In this document: in pieces, positions 23,721-36,800 of the stretch | Numbering within the stretch: the first letter of the stretch is position 1 | Layout: each line of letters starts with the position of its first letter | Source: Azolla caroliniana | Lineage: Eukaryota; Plantae; Polypodiophyta | DNA: 64,000 bases | Direction of reading: 5' to 3' | NCBI GenBank assembly: GCA_043228905.1 | Contig: JBHGNT010000013.1 | Span: forward strand, 10,664,001 to 10,728,000 | Made by a program: the position numbers and the translations under genes | The notes under the pieces: generated by a model | Told to the model about the DNA's origin: nothing | Database searches by the model: none | The model's input: only the letters and a program-made list of their open reading frames with translations

Positions 23721-24768
23721 ATTTCGGTGCCGGATCGTTGCCGGAGTCGGGTGGGAACCGTCGGGGTTTTGGACTAGGAGGAGGAACAATTTGAGACGAG
23801 TTTAGTTATGAATATGAATCGATTATAAGAAAGAGAGATTGAAACTTGCGAATCCCACAAGTATATTGTATTAGATTAACCAATATTAAGATAAGAATAT
23901 GAATTTAGATTGAAAGATAAGGATATAGAAACCTCGTGAATCCCACAAATATAGTTTATTTATTTTATTAATATTTAAAACTCTAATAATAAATTAGAAT
24001 AGATTGGAAGAGAAAGATATAGAAAACTTGTGAATCCCACAAGCATGGTTTATTTTATTAATCATTATTTTGAACCCTAATGATTTTTCATCCATAATTT
24101 TCTCTCCCCTTATTACATTGTGCTCCCATCCTTATATAGTGATGAGAGAATCTTAATAATCCATGCTTTTTCTCTAACTATGGACTCTATGCTTTCTCTA
24201 TCTATAGACTATATGCTTTCTCTAACATGCTTTTTCTAACCTCATGCGTTTTTTATCGACTATAGTGTTTATTCACTCTAGATGTGCATGTGTAGCTTTT
24301 TTCTATCATGCGTTTTTCTTCTAAGTAAAACTTTTTCCTAGAAAATATGTGTGAAGTAACCTTTAACAGTTATGATGTGTTAGTGTAATGGTAAGGTTTC
24401 AAATTATTAACATAGAGGTGCAAGGTTTGAATTTTACCCTATGCATGTAATATATATTTTAATATTTCTTTCTTTTTCTTCATATTGCGAAATGCCCTCA
24501 AAATAGCCCCCTTTCCATTATGTTCTAAGTTACATCTTATAGGCTACTCTTAGTACATCTTATAGGCTACTCTTAGCGTGGTGGGTGTTTTCCCGCTCCA
24601 ATTAGCTCTTCTAATTATGGGGGCTTGGTAGGGACCTAATTTGGGTGTGGTCAATGTGACCCTGGTTAGGTGGGGCCTTGGTTAGGATCCGTGGTAATAC
24701 CACAATATTAAATATTGAATCGGTTACTTTATAAGTTTAACACGTAGTGTACGAAATACACTACGACA
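23721..24768 (-). mobile_element. Truncated LTR related to the H lineage, inserted in E
   Basis: Ends CTACGACA; left part resembles 10480-10520; TATA complement near 24130; A/B-box cassette at 24381-24434. Confidence 0.65.
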
Positions 24769-24769
24769 A

Positions 24770-25270
24770 CGCGAGCGACCATGTGCATTCCTCACAGGGA
24801 ACACGAACACCAACGAGCATGAGAGACCATATCGGTCCTCGCCGAGAGTTGGAACACGAACACCAACGGGCGTGAGCGACCATGTGTGGTCCTCATAGGG
24901 AACTGGCACATGAACAGCAGCGGGCATGAGCAACCATGTTGGTCATCGTCGGGATCTGGAACACGAACAATAGCTAGAGTGACCAACCATGTGCGGTCCT
25001 CACCGGAGACTAGAACATGAACAAGAGTGAGTGACCATGTGTGGTCCTCATCGGGAACTGGAACACAAACGGGCGTGGGCGACTATGCGGCCCTCACCGA
25101 GAACTGGAACACAAACAGACGTGAGCGACCATGCGGCCCTCTCTGAGAACTGAACACGAACGGGCGTGAGCGACCATGCGGCCCTCACCGAGAATTGGAA
25201 CACGAACAAACCTGAGCGACCATGTGGCCCACACTGAGAACTGGAACACAAACGGACGTGAGCAATCATG
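24770..25270. repeat. About 50-56 bp degenerate tandem repeats in the interior of E (also 13450-13549 and 23614-23720)
   Basis: Recurring unit gaactggaacacgaac(acc)aacgggcgtgagcgaccatgyggycctcaccga. Confidence 0.85.
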
Positions 25271-25678
25271 CGCTAGGGAGAAACCTATGCAATCCGCCCC
25301 AAGAAGGTGAGCGGTTGTGACCCCCACCGAAACTACAAGGTGACCGATCGATCAGTCCTCGCCAACAAAAAGTGGTGCGAGACTTGAACTATAACGAAAA
25401 TGCAGTGCAAGCGAGCAATGATCCGATCCCCACCATGAAAGTGAGTGGTTGTGACCCCCATCTGAACTGGGAAGGTGAGTAATCAAAAGCACTCATCACC
25501 AAAACCGTGACGCACAATGATACCTAAAAATGATGACAAGTAGTGTTGATGACAATGATGGATGGGCGAAGAGGTGCATAAAATGATGACGTCGAAGATA
25601 AGGATGTTGATGATGGTAATTCTAAAAGCAAGGACAATGATGATAGTAACTCTTGAAGCAAAGGTGATGACGAAGACG

Positions 25679-25689
25679 AAGGGATTCAA
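25679..25689 (-). promoter_or_regulatory. Non-tRNA, putative self-priming PBS of E
   Basis: Minus strand TTGAATCCCTT, 2 nt from the LTR; complementary to AAGGGATTCAA in the LTR (25904-25894), which starts 25 nt past the end of the TATA box. Confidence 0.75.
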
Positions 25690-25691
25690 AC

Positions 25692-26163
25692 TGTCACAGA
25701 CACACCAAGCGCGAACTAGGATGGAGCATAGATGATGGGGCTACGAGCGACGGATGAACTTGGCGCTAGATATGACGAGGCTAGGAACTCTAGATGTTGT
25801 GAGCGACATGAGGGCATGAAAGCGGAAATAAATATCAAGGATACAAAGATGAGGCGAAACAAGAATACTAGATTGATGTGTCAATGACTAGTGTTGAATC
25901 CCTTGAAAGGGACCAAGGAGGTTACAAGTATTTATACTGTGAGTTGAAGTACATGCATTAGAATATTCTTGAGAATATTTTGGAGAATATTCTAGAACCC
26001 ATTAGAACTTTCTAAAAAACTCCTAGAACGTGAATAGATATTCTATGAAGATATACATCACACAATTATGTACTTGGATGTGTTGGTTACAATATAACAC
26101 TTGACTATAATACAAGAGGTCAAGAGTTCAAATCTTGACATAATTGTTGTCATGTCTATCACA
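25692..26163 (-). repeat. Element E 5' LTR (472 bp)
   Basis: Repeat of 12452-13378 minus the solo LTR; TATAAATA on minus at 25936-25929. Confidence 0.9.
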
Positions 26164-26168
26164 CTTCC

Positions 26169-27083
26169 TAGGATTGACAACTTACTAGACCAATTAGGAC
26201 AATCTAGATATTTCACATCCTTGGACCTGCCTTCCGGCTACTAGCAGATTCCCTTACGCAAAGAAGAAAAGCACAAAACAACTTTTCGAACACAACACGG
26301 GGGCTTTAACAGTTTAGGCGCATGCCATTTGGACTATCAGATGCTAGCAACACATTTCAGAGCATGGCAAACAGTATTTTCCAAGCCTTGATTTTTCAAG
26401 GTGTTGTTTTTGTCTATCTAGATGACATATTGATTCACACATATAGCTGGCCAAAACACATTCAGATATTACGTGAAGTCCTCCTCCGCATTCAAAAATA
26501 CAACCTACAATTGCAATTCAGGAAATGCAAGTGGGGTGCAACAACACTACGATTTTTAGGGTTCATGATATCAGAACAAGGAATACAACTAGATCCAAAG
26601 ACGACACGAGCTGGCGCGGAATATCCGAAGCCATCCAACATCAAGTCCCTACAGAGTTTTCTAGGATTAGTGAATTTTTCACTAAGGTTTGTTCCCCGTC
26701 TAGCAATAATTACAACTCCTTTACGGAACCTATTAAAGAAGGATCAACCATACCAGTGGATTGAGGAGTGCGATAAACATTTTCAGACAATCAAACCATT
26801 AATTACCTCAGCAACAACATTAGCATTCCTTGATTTCAACAAGATTTTCCATCTACAAACAGATGCTTCCAATTTTGGAATTGGGGCAGTCCTTTTGAAT
26901 CAAGATGACAATGATAGTTGGCGCCCGATTGCCTACATTAGCCGCGCATTAACAAAATCAAAGCAAAATTATTCAACAACTTAAAAAGGAGTTTTTAGCC
27001 GTAGTATGGTCGTTTCAGAAATTCCATCCATACCTACACGGCACAATGGTGCAAGTGGAGACAGATCATCAGCCATTGATAGC
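26169..27083 (+). pseudogene. Element F RT-RNase H (continuation), truncated
   Basis: RIDNLLDQLG..LDL; PFGL; VYLDDILI; LQTDASNFGIGAVL; TDHQPL; contains stops and frameshifts. Confidence 0.88.
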
Positions 27084-30000
27084 CGAGCTTCCGAATATAG
27101 GTGTTGAACTTTTGATACCACATTCTCGGTGCTTGTTTGAGGCCATATAGGCTCTTCTTCATTCTACAGAAGAGGTAACCTTGATCCCCCATCGCCGTGA
27201 AGCCTACTAATTAAGACATGTAAATGTCTTCGTCCAAGTCTCCATGTAGGAATGTCATCTTTACGTTCAGTTGCTCGAGCTCTAGGTCTGTTGTCACCAC
27301 GACTTCGAGTAGGAGCCGAAGGGTGGTCATCTTGACTACGGGCAAGAAGATCTCGTCATAGTCAACCATGTGTTCTTGTTTGAATCCCTTGGCGACGAGC
27401 CGAACTTTATATTTAAGCTTCTCCAAATCGGATACACATTTGTATTTGAAGACTCATTTGCAAGGCAACGGCTTCCTTCCAGTTGGTAGTTCACTGTTCG
27501 ACCAACTCCCATGTCTTGTTCGTATGTATTGAATCCATCTTAAATCTCATGGTTTGTAGCCATGTGTTGGCATCTAGCACAACTATAGCTTCCTCGTAGG
27601 AGCTTGGTTCACCTACGTCCATGTAGTTTATGTATTCGAGGCCCGGTTGATAAAACTTTGTTGGTCTTTGGATTTGTCTGAATCTCCTGGGTGCTGAAGT
27701 GTTCGGTTCAGATTCTTTGATCGGCGTTGTCAGCTGATTGGCATTACTTAAACCTTCTTCAAGAGTCTTGTCGGATGACTCACCCTTGCAATAGGATTTC
27801 GGACTCCCCTTCTTCAGGATCGATTGACAGAGGATCCGAGGACTTGGCCAAGTTGATTTGGCTTTTCGTCCCCTTAGCCTTATTGGGGGTGATGGTCGAA
27901 TCGACTCTGTCTCTTTCAACTCTTTCATTTTCGACTTGACACTTCTTGGTTTTGATTTTTTCGACTCTAGTCGATTCGGCTTTGCGTCGATTGGCCAATT
28001 CAGCTCTTGCCAATCTCTTAGCCAATTCTATTTCGATTAATGGACCTCTTGCCGATTCGGATTCGGCAGGGCCTCAATCAATTTTGACAGTTTGTCGAAT
28101 CTCCGATTCGGCCCAGTCGATAGGCCCCTCTATGACAAATCTGTCAAGGTCAAATGAGACCTTTTGGCCGATCTTTGGCTGGCTCAATTGGTGAGTATTG
28201 AGTCTTCATAGAAGACTACGTCACTGCTTCAGATCAATTTCTGGTTCTCTGAATCCCATAGTCGATAACCAAAATCCCCGTCGGTTCTATAACCAAGAAA
28301 TATACACTTAAGTGCATGGGATGCCAACTTGGTCCTTTTCTCCTTGGGGATGAATGCATAGGCTTCACATCCGAATATACGGAGCCTGTCGTAGGTCGGC
28401 TATTTGCCAAACCATAGTGCATGTGGCACTTCGAACTGGATTGCTCTCAATAGCGACAAATTTATCAAGTATACTACCATCTGCAATGCTTTGGCCTAGA
28501 ATTCCAACTTCAATCTGGATTGTTGGAGCATTGATGTCACCCTCTCTTGGATCATTCGATTGACTAGTTCTGCCACGATGTTTTGCATGGGCGTATAGGG
28601 AACGGTCTTCTAATGTCAAATCCCTTTTCGGACAAGTACTGCTTGAAGGCTCGGGAGGTGTATTCCCCTTCGTTGTCAGACTGGAGTGTCTTCACTCAGT
28701 GTCCTAATCGGTTTTCCACTTCGGCTAATCACCAAGAGAAGACCTTGAGCGCTTTGTCTTTCAACATAATCGAGTAGGCCCAAACCTTCTGTGTACAATC
28801 ATCGACGAATGTGATGAAGTATCGGGAGCCTCCTGGAGATTTTTCAAGCATCGTCCTGCAAATGATAGTGTGCACTAGCTCTAGGGATTGTTGTATCGTC
28901 TCGTAGTGTAAGAGTGCAGACTTCGGGTCTGTTTCTGTTGTAAATCAACGCTTCGATTCACCTTCTCCACTCGGCCACAACCGAGTAAGCGCGAATCAAT
29001 GGAGCAGAAAATAGGAACCACAGAGAGAAACAAAAACGCGAACACACAAGGATTAACGTGGAAAACCCTAGACGGGAAAAACCACGGGAGTACAAGACTC
29101 CAAACCAACACTATACAGAGAAGTATACAATGGCGAGCTGCAAGGCGACGACCTTGAGCTCGCTGTCCTCGCCACAGGAGGCGGAAATACAAAGAGGCGT
29201 CGTCCTCTTCCTCTCTCACGCTCTATCTCTCTCTCTCTCTCTCACGGCTGCTCCCTCTTCACTCCTCTTGAGTGGAAAAACAGAAAAATGATTAGCAACA
29301 CCAAAACTATTTGCCCTAAGTCATATTTATACATATATGACTTTGGGGCTATTTACAACTATAGCCTCAGGGGGCCCTTAGCAGACATATTCACGGACAT
29401 GTCCCTGCATCCGGATCTCTCTCCGGGTACATTCGTCATCCGGCTCCGAAGTCGGGGTCTTCATCATCCGGTTCCGAAACCGAAACCGGGCTTGTCGGCA
29501 TTCATCTCCGACATCCGACCATCCCATCCGAAGGGACCGTAATCCCAACAGTTTCCCGAAACAACAATGCTCGTTGAAGTTGGTCTTTGTCTAGAGTTTG
29601 GGGATGTAGCCGATCACCATTAGCAGATCTAGTTCGACATGGGACATGTGGTCGAGTCAGCCATGCCATAAGTTCGAATTCAACGATTTGGCTATGTTCA
29701 TGGCCCCTTCTGGACTGATCGTCATCATTGGGTACAAGTTATTGTGCTTGTATCCGCATCCGATTTTCCGGTTTCCCTAGCTGATCGTCCATGTCGACTT
29801 AGTGAGAGTCATTCAGTACCCGCCTTTGGCTAGAATGCTAATGGAGACCAGGCTCCTTTTAAGCTTGGGTACATGCCAAACATGGTGCAGGATGATCGTA
29901 TTTCCATTTGGCAATCGAATTGGTACTTCATCGATTCTGGCAAGTTTGCATTCCCACCCATTGCCTAGTCAAACAGTGCCATCAGCTCTGGCCAAATAGT

Positions 30001-31443
30001 CTAAAAACCATTCGATATCTGGGGTCACGTCAAATGTGGCACCGGAATCTAGTAGCCACATTCATGTGTCTTGCACACTAGAAAGGACTTCTCTGATCAT
30101 TGAGTCCTCCAAAGAGATGATTTCTCCTTATCAAGAGTCAACAACATTGATTTGGTTGTTGACTGGAGAACGGTTCGAGTCGGATTGTCCTTGTGTTCGA
30201 TCGAATCGCCGACCATTCTCCTTTTTCTTTATCAACTAGCAATCGAAAACTTTGTGACTAGTCTTTCTACAATATGTGTAGAAATCACTTGATCAACTAT
30301 TCCTCAACTTTGACCGAGTTCGATCTTCCCTCCTTCTCGGCTGACTGGTGTTTCGGCCGGTTCTTTCAGCTAGTTCGTCTGATCGACTCCGTCAAGTATT
30401 GTTCTCTCAATCAGTCAGTTTGTCTGATCGACTCAGTCGAGTACTGGGCTTCTAACGAATCATCGATGGTGAGTCCCATCAATTTTCACCAAATGTCCTC
30501 AGTGAGGACTTGTCCGATTGTCTCGTCCAAATTGAGATTTGGACAACTATTGGCGAAGGTCGTGTAGAATACCTCCCAACTCGTTGGCAAGCTCGAAAGG
30601 AGGGCAAGGGCTTTAACTTCTTTATCGAAGTTAATCCCTTGAGAGGAGAGTTCAGACAACACCCGACTGAATGTGTTGATGTGGGAGGTCGGTGCATCTA
30701 TATCTCTCATCTTCATTTTGAATAACTGTTGAATCAATATTAGCTTCGATGAGGATGATTTTTTCTCGTAAATGGCCTAGAGTTTCTCCCACAAAGAGAA
30801 TTTTGTCGTCTCCTTTGCCATGCTGAAATAGATGTTCTCAGTCAGATGCATCCAAATGGTCAATCTTGTTATCTCATCCATAGATCTCCATTCTTCAGTA
30901 GACATTGAAGTTGGCTTGGTATTGTGCCGAATGGCTTCAACTTGTCGTTGGATGATAAGAGTATCTTGCATCATCTCTTTCCAGAGGGCGAAGTTATTCC
31001 CGCCGAACTTCCGGATTTCCACATTTGTGTCGGACTGTGTCGCCATTTTCTAAAAGTAGATGTTGTTGACCTAGTCGTTTCTCTCAGCCAGATAACTTCT
31101 TTTTCAGCTTTCTATTGTTCATTGCCGCCAAACAACAAGGCCACTCTGATACCACTTGTTGTCGATAATATGTAGAAGAAGATGTGAGAACTTGCAAGTT
31201 AGTGTGTCAAGCAAACAACATGTACACGACAAAAAGACAAAGTATGCATAGTAAACAAGAAGCAAGATAGACAATGGAAGCTCTAATGGAAGCTCTATTA
31301 TTCTCTTCTATAACTATTATTCTCTTCTATAACTCTCTCTCTCTCTTCTACAATGATACAGTCGGGCTTATATAATCTAGCCCTAACTTGTGAGCGTGTT
31401 CACATTAAGGATACAAAGTAGGAGCCGGTCTTTTATGCCAACA
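27084..31443 (-). mobile_element. Element G: degenerate, 3'-truncated Ty1/copia
   Basis: Probable 5' LTR 31157-31443; PBS TGGTATCAGAG 31154-31144; gag from 31046 (GNNFALWK); integrase and RT fragments (RLVAKGF, FLHGDL, LYGLKQAPR). Confidence 0.85.
28889..29550 (-). mobile_element. Solo LTR related to the D LTR, inserted in the integrase of G
   Basis: TGTTG...CAACA ends; shares GTGGAAAACCC..GGGAAAAACCACGG and TTTGCCCTAAGTCATATTTATAC with D; no clean TSD. Confidence 0.72.
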
Positions 31444-33357
31444 AAAGGTCGGAATTAAAATCTAAAAACTCCTTCCCAATCCTTGTGACAAAGCCTTCAT
31501 ACTAATGTGTTGGGTTTCTGTGAGACGGCTCAGTGACAAGCTAAATGCCGATTTTGCCAAATTCATGTAATTTTGTCATCTAAGCTTGAAATTCCATGCC
31601 AAACATTCTGATGTGCGTCTTGTTTGATCACGATTAGTAAACAAGAATTTTCACAAGATAATTAAAATTTTGTAATTAATAATATGTTCACGAGAGCATG
31701 TGAACAGAACGAGAAAATCCACGACTCCGTTACATGGAGTGATCAAGAGATAAAATAAAATGGAATAAGTAGATAGGAATATATGGATAAAAAATGATTT
31801 CGAGTAGAGCTCCAAGGGGGGGGGGGGGGGGGGGGTATCTTCAAGTTCTTGCACGCCCTCTTAATTTGTAGCCCTTGAGCTTTCTATAAATTCCCCCAAA
31901 TAAAAATAGTGGTTGCTTTTTTATTTTAGCATCCACCATGCTTTTTTCCACTTACATGCCCTACTTTTCCTCTAATGCATGATTCTAGCAAAAGTCAGAT
32001 GTAATGTCCATCTTTGCATTCATTCATCCACTTAATCTCCTATAACCCAAGTTGGACAAAACCCTTGACCTCTCGCTCATATCACAAGCTTTTACCAATT
32101 GAGCTAAGACTTTTTATTATTTTGAAAAGTATCTCTTTTTATTATTTGTCATTACTATAACATTGCTCTATCATTCAACCATTTTCTTATTCCTAGTTTA
32201 AGTTATTTCCTCCTATAGGATCCCCACATCAAGACATTGCGATGAACTAGGCCCTCAAGATCAAAGATGTGTAAATTCACTTGGCTCCATCAATGTTGTA
32301 GTTGACCAACGAGATGGTGAAAAACTGCATTGGCAGTCTCGCACATAAGTATGGCACCCTTTAGATTGCCATAACAACAAGGTAAATTCCCTTGAATTTT
32401 TTTTACTTGCAATCCATGTTGATGGTCGAGAAGAACCATATGTGGTCAAAAAGCATAACATCTTATGGAAGCCTGTTATATACACAGGGGTCTTATTCAA
32501 GGTCACAACCGTGAAATTTGGGGGAGGAACTATTGAGGAAGAGGTGGACAAAGTCCACAACAATTGGATATGCAAAGGTGGAAGCAACTGAGGGAATTCT
32601 GCCATAAGAGGAGCTTCAACCAGCATGCATCAACCCAACAAATCTAGTGTTAGTATTGTGGAAAGCCTTGGCCACTCTAAAGGAGAGTTTTGGAAGAAGA
32701 AGAATGACTCAACCACCTCACCTTGACGACAAATGAACTATGGTGCGATGGTTGGCCAAGATCACAAAGTGCCAATGCTTGTCATGCAACAGCAAATGAA
32801 TAACATGAAAATGAGTACTTCCTAACTTGATGACTTTTGGCTCATGGACTCATGAGCCTCAAATCACATGATGAGCCATCAACAATGATTCATGAATCTA
32901 AGGAAACTAAGAGATCTGGCTTGGTGGAGACCAAGGATGACTCCACATACACGATTGAGCAAATGGGAGATGTGGCCTTTACCAATCACGATAACAAGGG
33001 CTACATCAATGACGTACTACATGTCTCGATGATCACAAAAACTTTAGTCTTTCTTGGCAAAATTGTCAAGCAAGGAATGCATTTACGATCAACTAGGCAA
33101 GTTGTTTCATTGAGGATAAGGGCAAGCTTAATGCTCATGCAAGAAGACAAGGTCACATGTTTACCCTCAACGTCACTAAGGTGAACACAACAATGTATGG
33201 AAAGGGACTAAGGACATCATATTGACATTCATATCAAGAGAAAAGGGACAAAAATGAAGAGAGGGAGAGAGAACTTGGTCTTATAATTCACCTTGGAACA
33301 ATTTCTTGGGGATAGGATTAATTTAATCAAGACTAGAAAACATCTAACTATAGCTTG

Positions 33358-33822
33358 TATTAGAGATTAAGTACTAAAGTAAGCATAAAATAAGGATATA
33401 TCAATGATAGATCTAGAAAGAATAGAGAGAAAAGAGAGAAAGAAGGGTGCCGATCCACCCGACCACCCCCGAGCGAAGGGATCGAGACGGACTCGAGCCT
33501 CGATCGGCGTCCCATACCACCGCCTTGGCGTCGAGTCGTACCTGGACGATAGCGCGCTTGCTACAAGAGTCGTTCCACTCACGGACAGAGTCTCGACGTA
33601 GTCAATGCATGCCCAAATGAGGGTAGCTAGGCCTCTTATTTATAGTAATTCTCAAGGCCCCCAGCCATGTTCACACTTGGCCTCATGGGTTGTCTCAATC
33701 CCGAGGATTAAAAGTAATCCTCCCCTTCTTTAGACTCTTTGTTTAACCCTCACACTTATCCACGTGTATAGAATACTACGACAATTCTCACCACGGGATA
33801 TTATATGGTCATGCCCGTAACA
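33358..33822 (-). repeat. Element B 3' LTR
   Basis: Reverse complement of the A LTR, 465 bp. Confidence 0.95.
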
Positions 33823-36800
33823 TACTCCCCCTCTTTAAAACATTGCACTCTTGCAATGGAAAGTTAGGGAAGTTAGTTGTTAGAGTCGTTTCGCGTTCCC
33901 ATGTGGCATCTTTGATTGATTTATCCATCCATTTTATTTTAAATTCTCGGATTTCCTTAGTACGTAATTTTTTTGTTTTAACATCGAGAATTCTTTCTGG
34001 TACATGTGGTTTAGAAGATAAATCTTCAGAAGTAACCAGAGTTTCAGTTGTAACTGTATTGTCGCCAGAACCTAGAAGTTCTTTTAGACGACTTACATGA
34101 AAGACTGGATGGATTCCAACACCATCGGGAAGAGCGAGACGATAGGCTGATGATCCAATGCGTTTGAGGACTGTAAAAGGTCCACAAAACCGTGGGGCTA
34201 ACTTAGCGCACTTACCCGTAGACAATGTCTTAGAATTGTGAGGTACACGTAAAAATACCTTCTGTCCAGGGCTGAATACACGAGGTTGCCTATGATGATC
34301 GGCATAAAAACGCGCTCTATCTTGAGCTGTTTTTATATTATCCCGTGCAATATGCAACATATCTTGCATATCCCGAAGAAAGTTTTGCGTACTTCGCAAC
34401 TCATCATGATGTATATTAACATCAATCGGGGCTCGTGGCTGAAATCCATACATCAACATAAAAGGACTATATCCCGTCGACGTATGCTTGGAGCTGTTAT
34501 AAGCAAACTCCAAAATTGGGAGGTAACGTTCCCATTTTGTTGGTTTTGCACCAACGTATGCTCGAAGCATGTCCTCAATAATTTGATTTACTCGTTCTGT
34601 CTGTCCATCGGATTGAGGATGATCCGTGGAGCTCATGCTCAACGTAGTTTCTAACTTCTTAAAGACTTGCGTCCAGAAGTCACTAGTAAACTTTGGATCT
34701 CGGTCACTCACGATATCCATCGGTAACCCGTAAAAACGAAATAACTCATCAACGAATTGGTAAGCCAATTCAGGAGCTGTTACCGTGGTTTTAGTAGCAA
34801 TAAATCTGGCCATTTTAGTTAGTCTGTCAACCACAACCCATATGGCATCATGACCTTTTTGGGTGCGAGGAAGGCTAACAATAAAATCCATGGATATACT
34901 TTCCCACTTATTATTGGGAATGTCCAAGGGATGTAAAAGTCCTGCGGCTTTAAGTCGCTCGGCTTTGTTAACCTGACATTGGTGACATTTAGTCACATAG
35001 CTATGTATGTCAGGACGCATCTTAGGCCAATAAAATTGAGTGGAGATGAGAACGAGTGTACGATGTATTCCAGGGTGCCCTGCTGAGGGTGCATCATGGC
35101 ATTCAAAAAGAATTCTCTTTTTGACCTCAGGCAAATCTGGAACACAAACCTTCCCATTACGGTAGAGCAGACCGTTAGCAATGTGGAAGTATTCCTTCGA
35201 GGGTGTGGTGGTGTCTGTTCCAGACTCGACTCTTGCCCAGTATTTTGCAAAATAATTGTCATCAGGATACTTTCCTCGAAGGTGATCATAAAGATCTGAT
35301 GTTATTTCAGTGAAGCTAAGCATGTTAACTTCACGGATGCGACTTAGTGCATCAGCGACAGTATTCATGGAACCTTTACGATATCGTATGGAAAAATCAA
35401 AGTCCTGGATGAGATCAGCCCATCGTGCCTTACGACCTTTCAGGTCTTGTTGGTCACAAAAATATTTCAAGGACTCGTGGTCCGTAGTTACCACAAAGCG
35501 ATTTCCATAAAGATAATGGCGCCATGTTTTGAGCGCATGTATAACCGCAAATAATTCCTTTTCTTGAACGGTATACCGACATTGAGCAGAATCAAGTTTC
35601 TTACTCTCGAATGCTATTGGTTTACCATCTTGATACAAGACAGCACCTATAGCATAATCGCTTGCGTCGGTTTCAACCTCAAAAGGTTTTGAAGGATCGG
35701 GTAAAAGAAGTGAAGGAGCCTTGCATACCAAGTCCTTGAGTTCCTTAAAGGCGAGGTCTAGTGTAGCATTCCACACAATAGGTTTTGTAGACTTACGCGT
35801 TTGACCTTTTAGAAGATCAGTAAACGGCGTCGTCAATTGTGAGTAATTACGAAGAGATTTTCGCAAAAATCCGACAAAACCAAGGAATGATCGAACTTGT
35901 CGAATATTCCGAAGAGTGGGCCAAAGCTTGATTTTCTCGATGCGAGAAGGATCAATTTCAACTCCTCGTTCGGTTATGAGATGTCCAAGATAAGTAATTG
36001 ATTTCTTGAAGAACTCACATTTTGAGATCTTCGCGTAAAATTGTTTGTCACGCAATATTTGTAAAACAAAGCGGACATGTCTAGCATGTTCTTGTAATGT
36101 ACGGCTATAAACTAAAATATCATCTAAGAAGATAACGACAAATTTTCCAAGTTGTTCTCGGAAAATGTCATTCATTTCTTGTTGAAATGTAGCCGGAGCA
36201 TTGGTCAAACCAAAAGGCATAACCAAAAACTCATAATGGCCGTAGCGCGTACGAAATGTTGTTTTAGGAACATCGTCCTCACTTATTCGTATTTGATGGT
36301 AGCCAGTACGGAGATCAAGTTTCGTAAAATACCGAGCTCCCTGGAGACGGTCAATTAGATCGTCAGCCCGGGGCAATGGGTACGAATTCTTGATCGTCAC
36401 TTTATTCAAGCGTCGGTAATTAATACACATACGCCATGTGCCCTCTTTCTTTTTAACCAAGAGAACTGGTGCACCCCATGGAGATTTACTATAACGTATA
36501 TAACCCATTCGTAAATAGTCCTTAAGTTGCTTAGCTACCTCATCCTCTTCAGATCGACTTAGGCGATACGGAGGTATACTAATGGGTGCAACGCCAGGTA
36601 CAATATCTATACGATGGTCTATATTACGTTTAGGAGGTAAACCATCGGGTAGTTCACTCGGAAAAACATCACGAAAATCGTTTACGATTTCATCAAGTTG
36701 TTTTTGTTCAAAATATGTTAATTGACCCGAGACATTATCGATATTGTAAACGTGAATGTCCGGATCAAGTACACAATAAAATAACGTAGAACAAGACAAC

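Larger units (their letters stand above)
12452..26163 (-). mobile_element. Element E: non-coding (TRIM/LARD-like) LTR element inserted in the RT of F, hosting three further insertions
   Basis: LTRs at 12452-13378 (472 bp after removing a solo LTR) and 25692-26163; TSD CTTCC (12447-12451, 26164-26168); PPT complement at about 13381-13394; about 1.2 kb of its own internal sequence with no pol. Confidence 0.88.
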
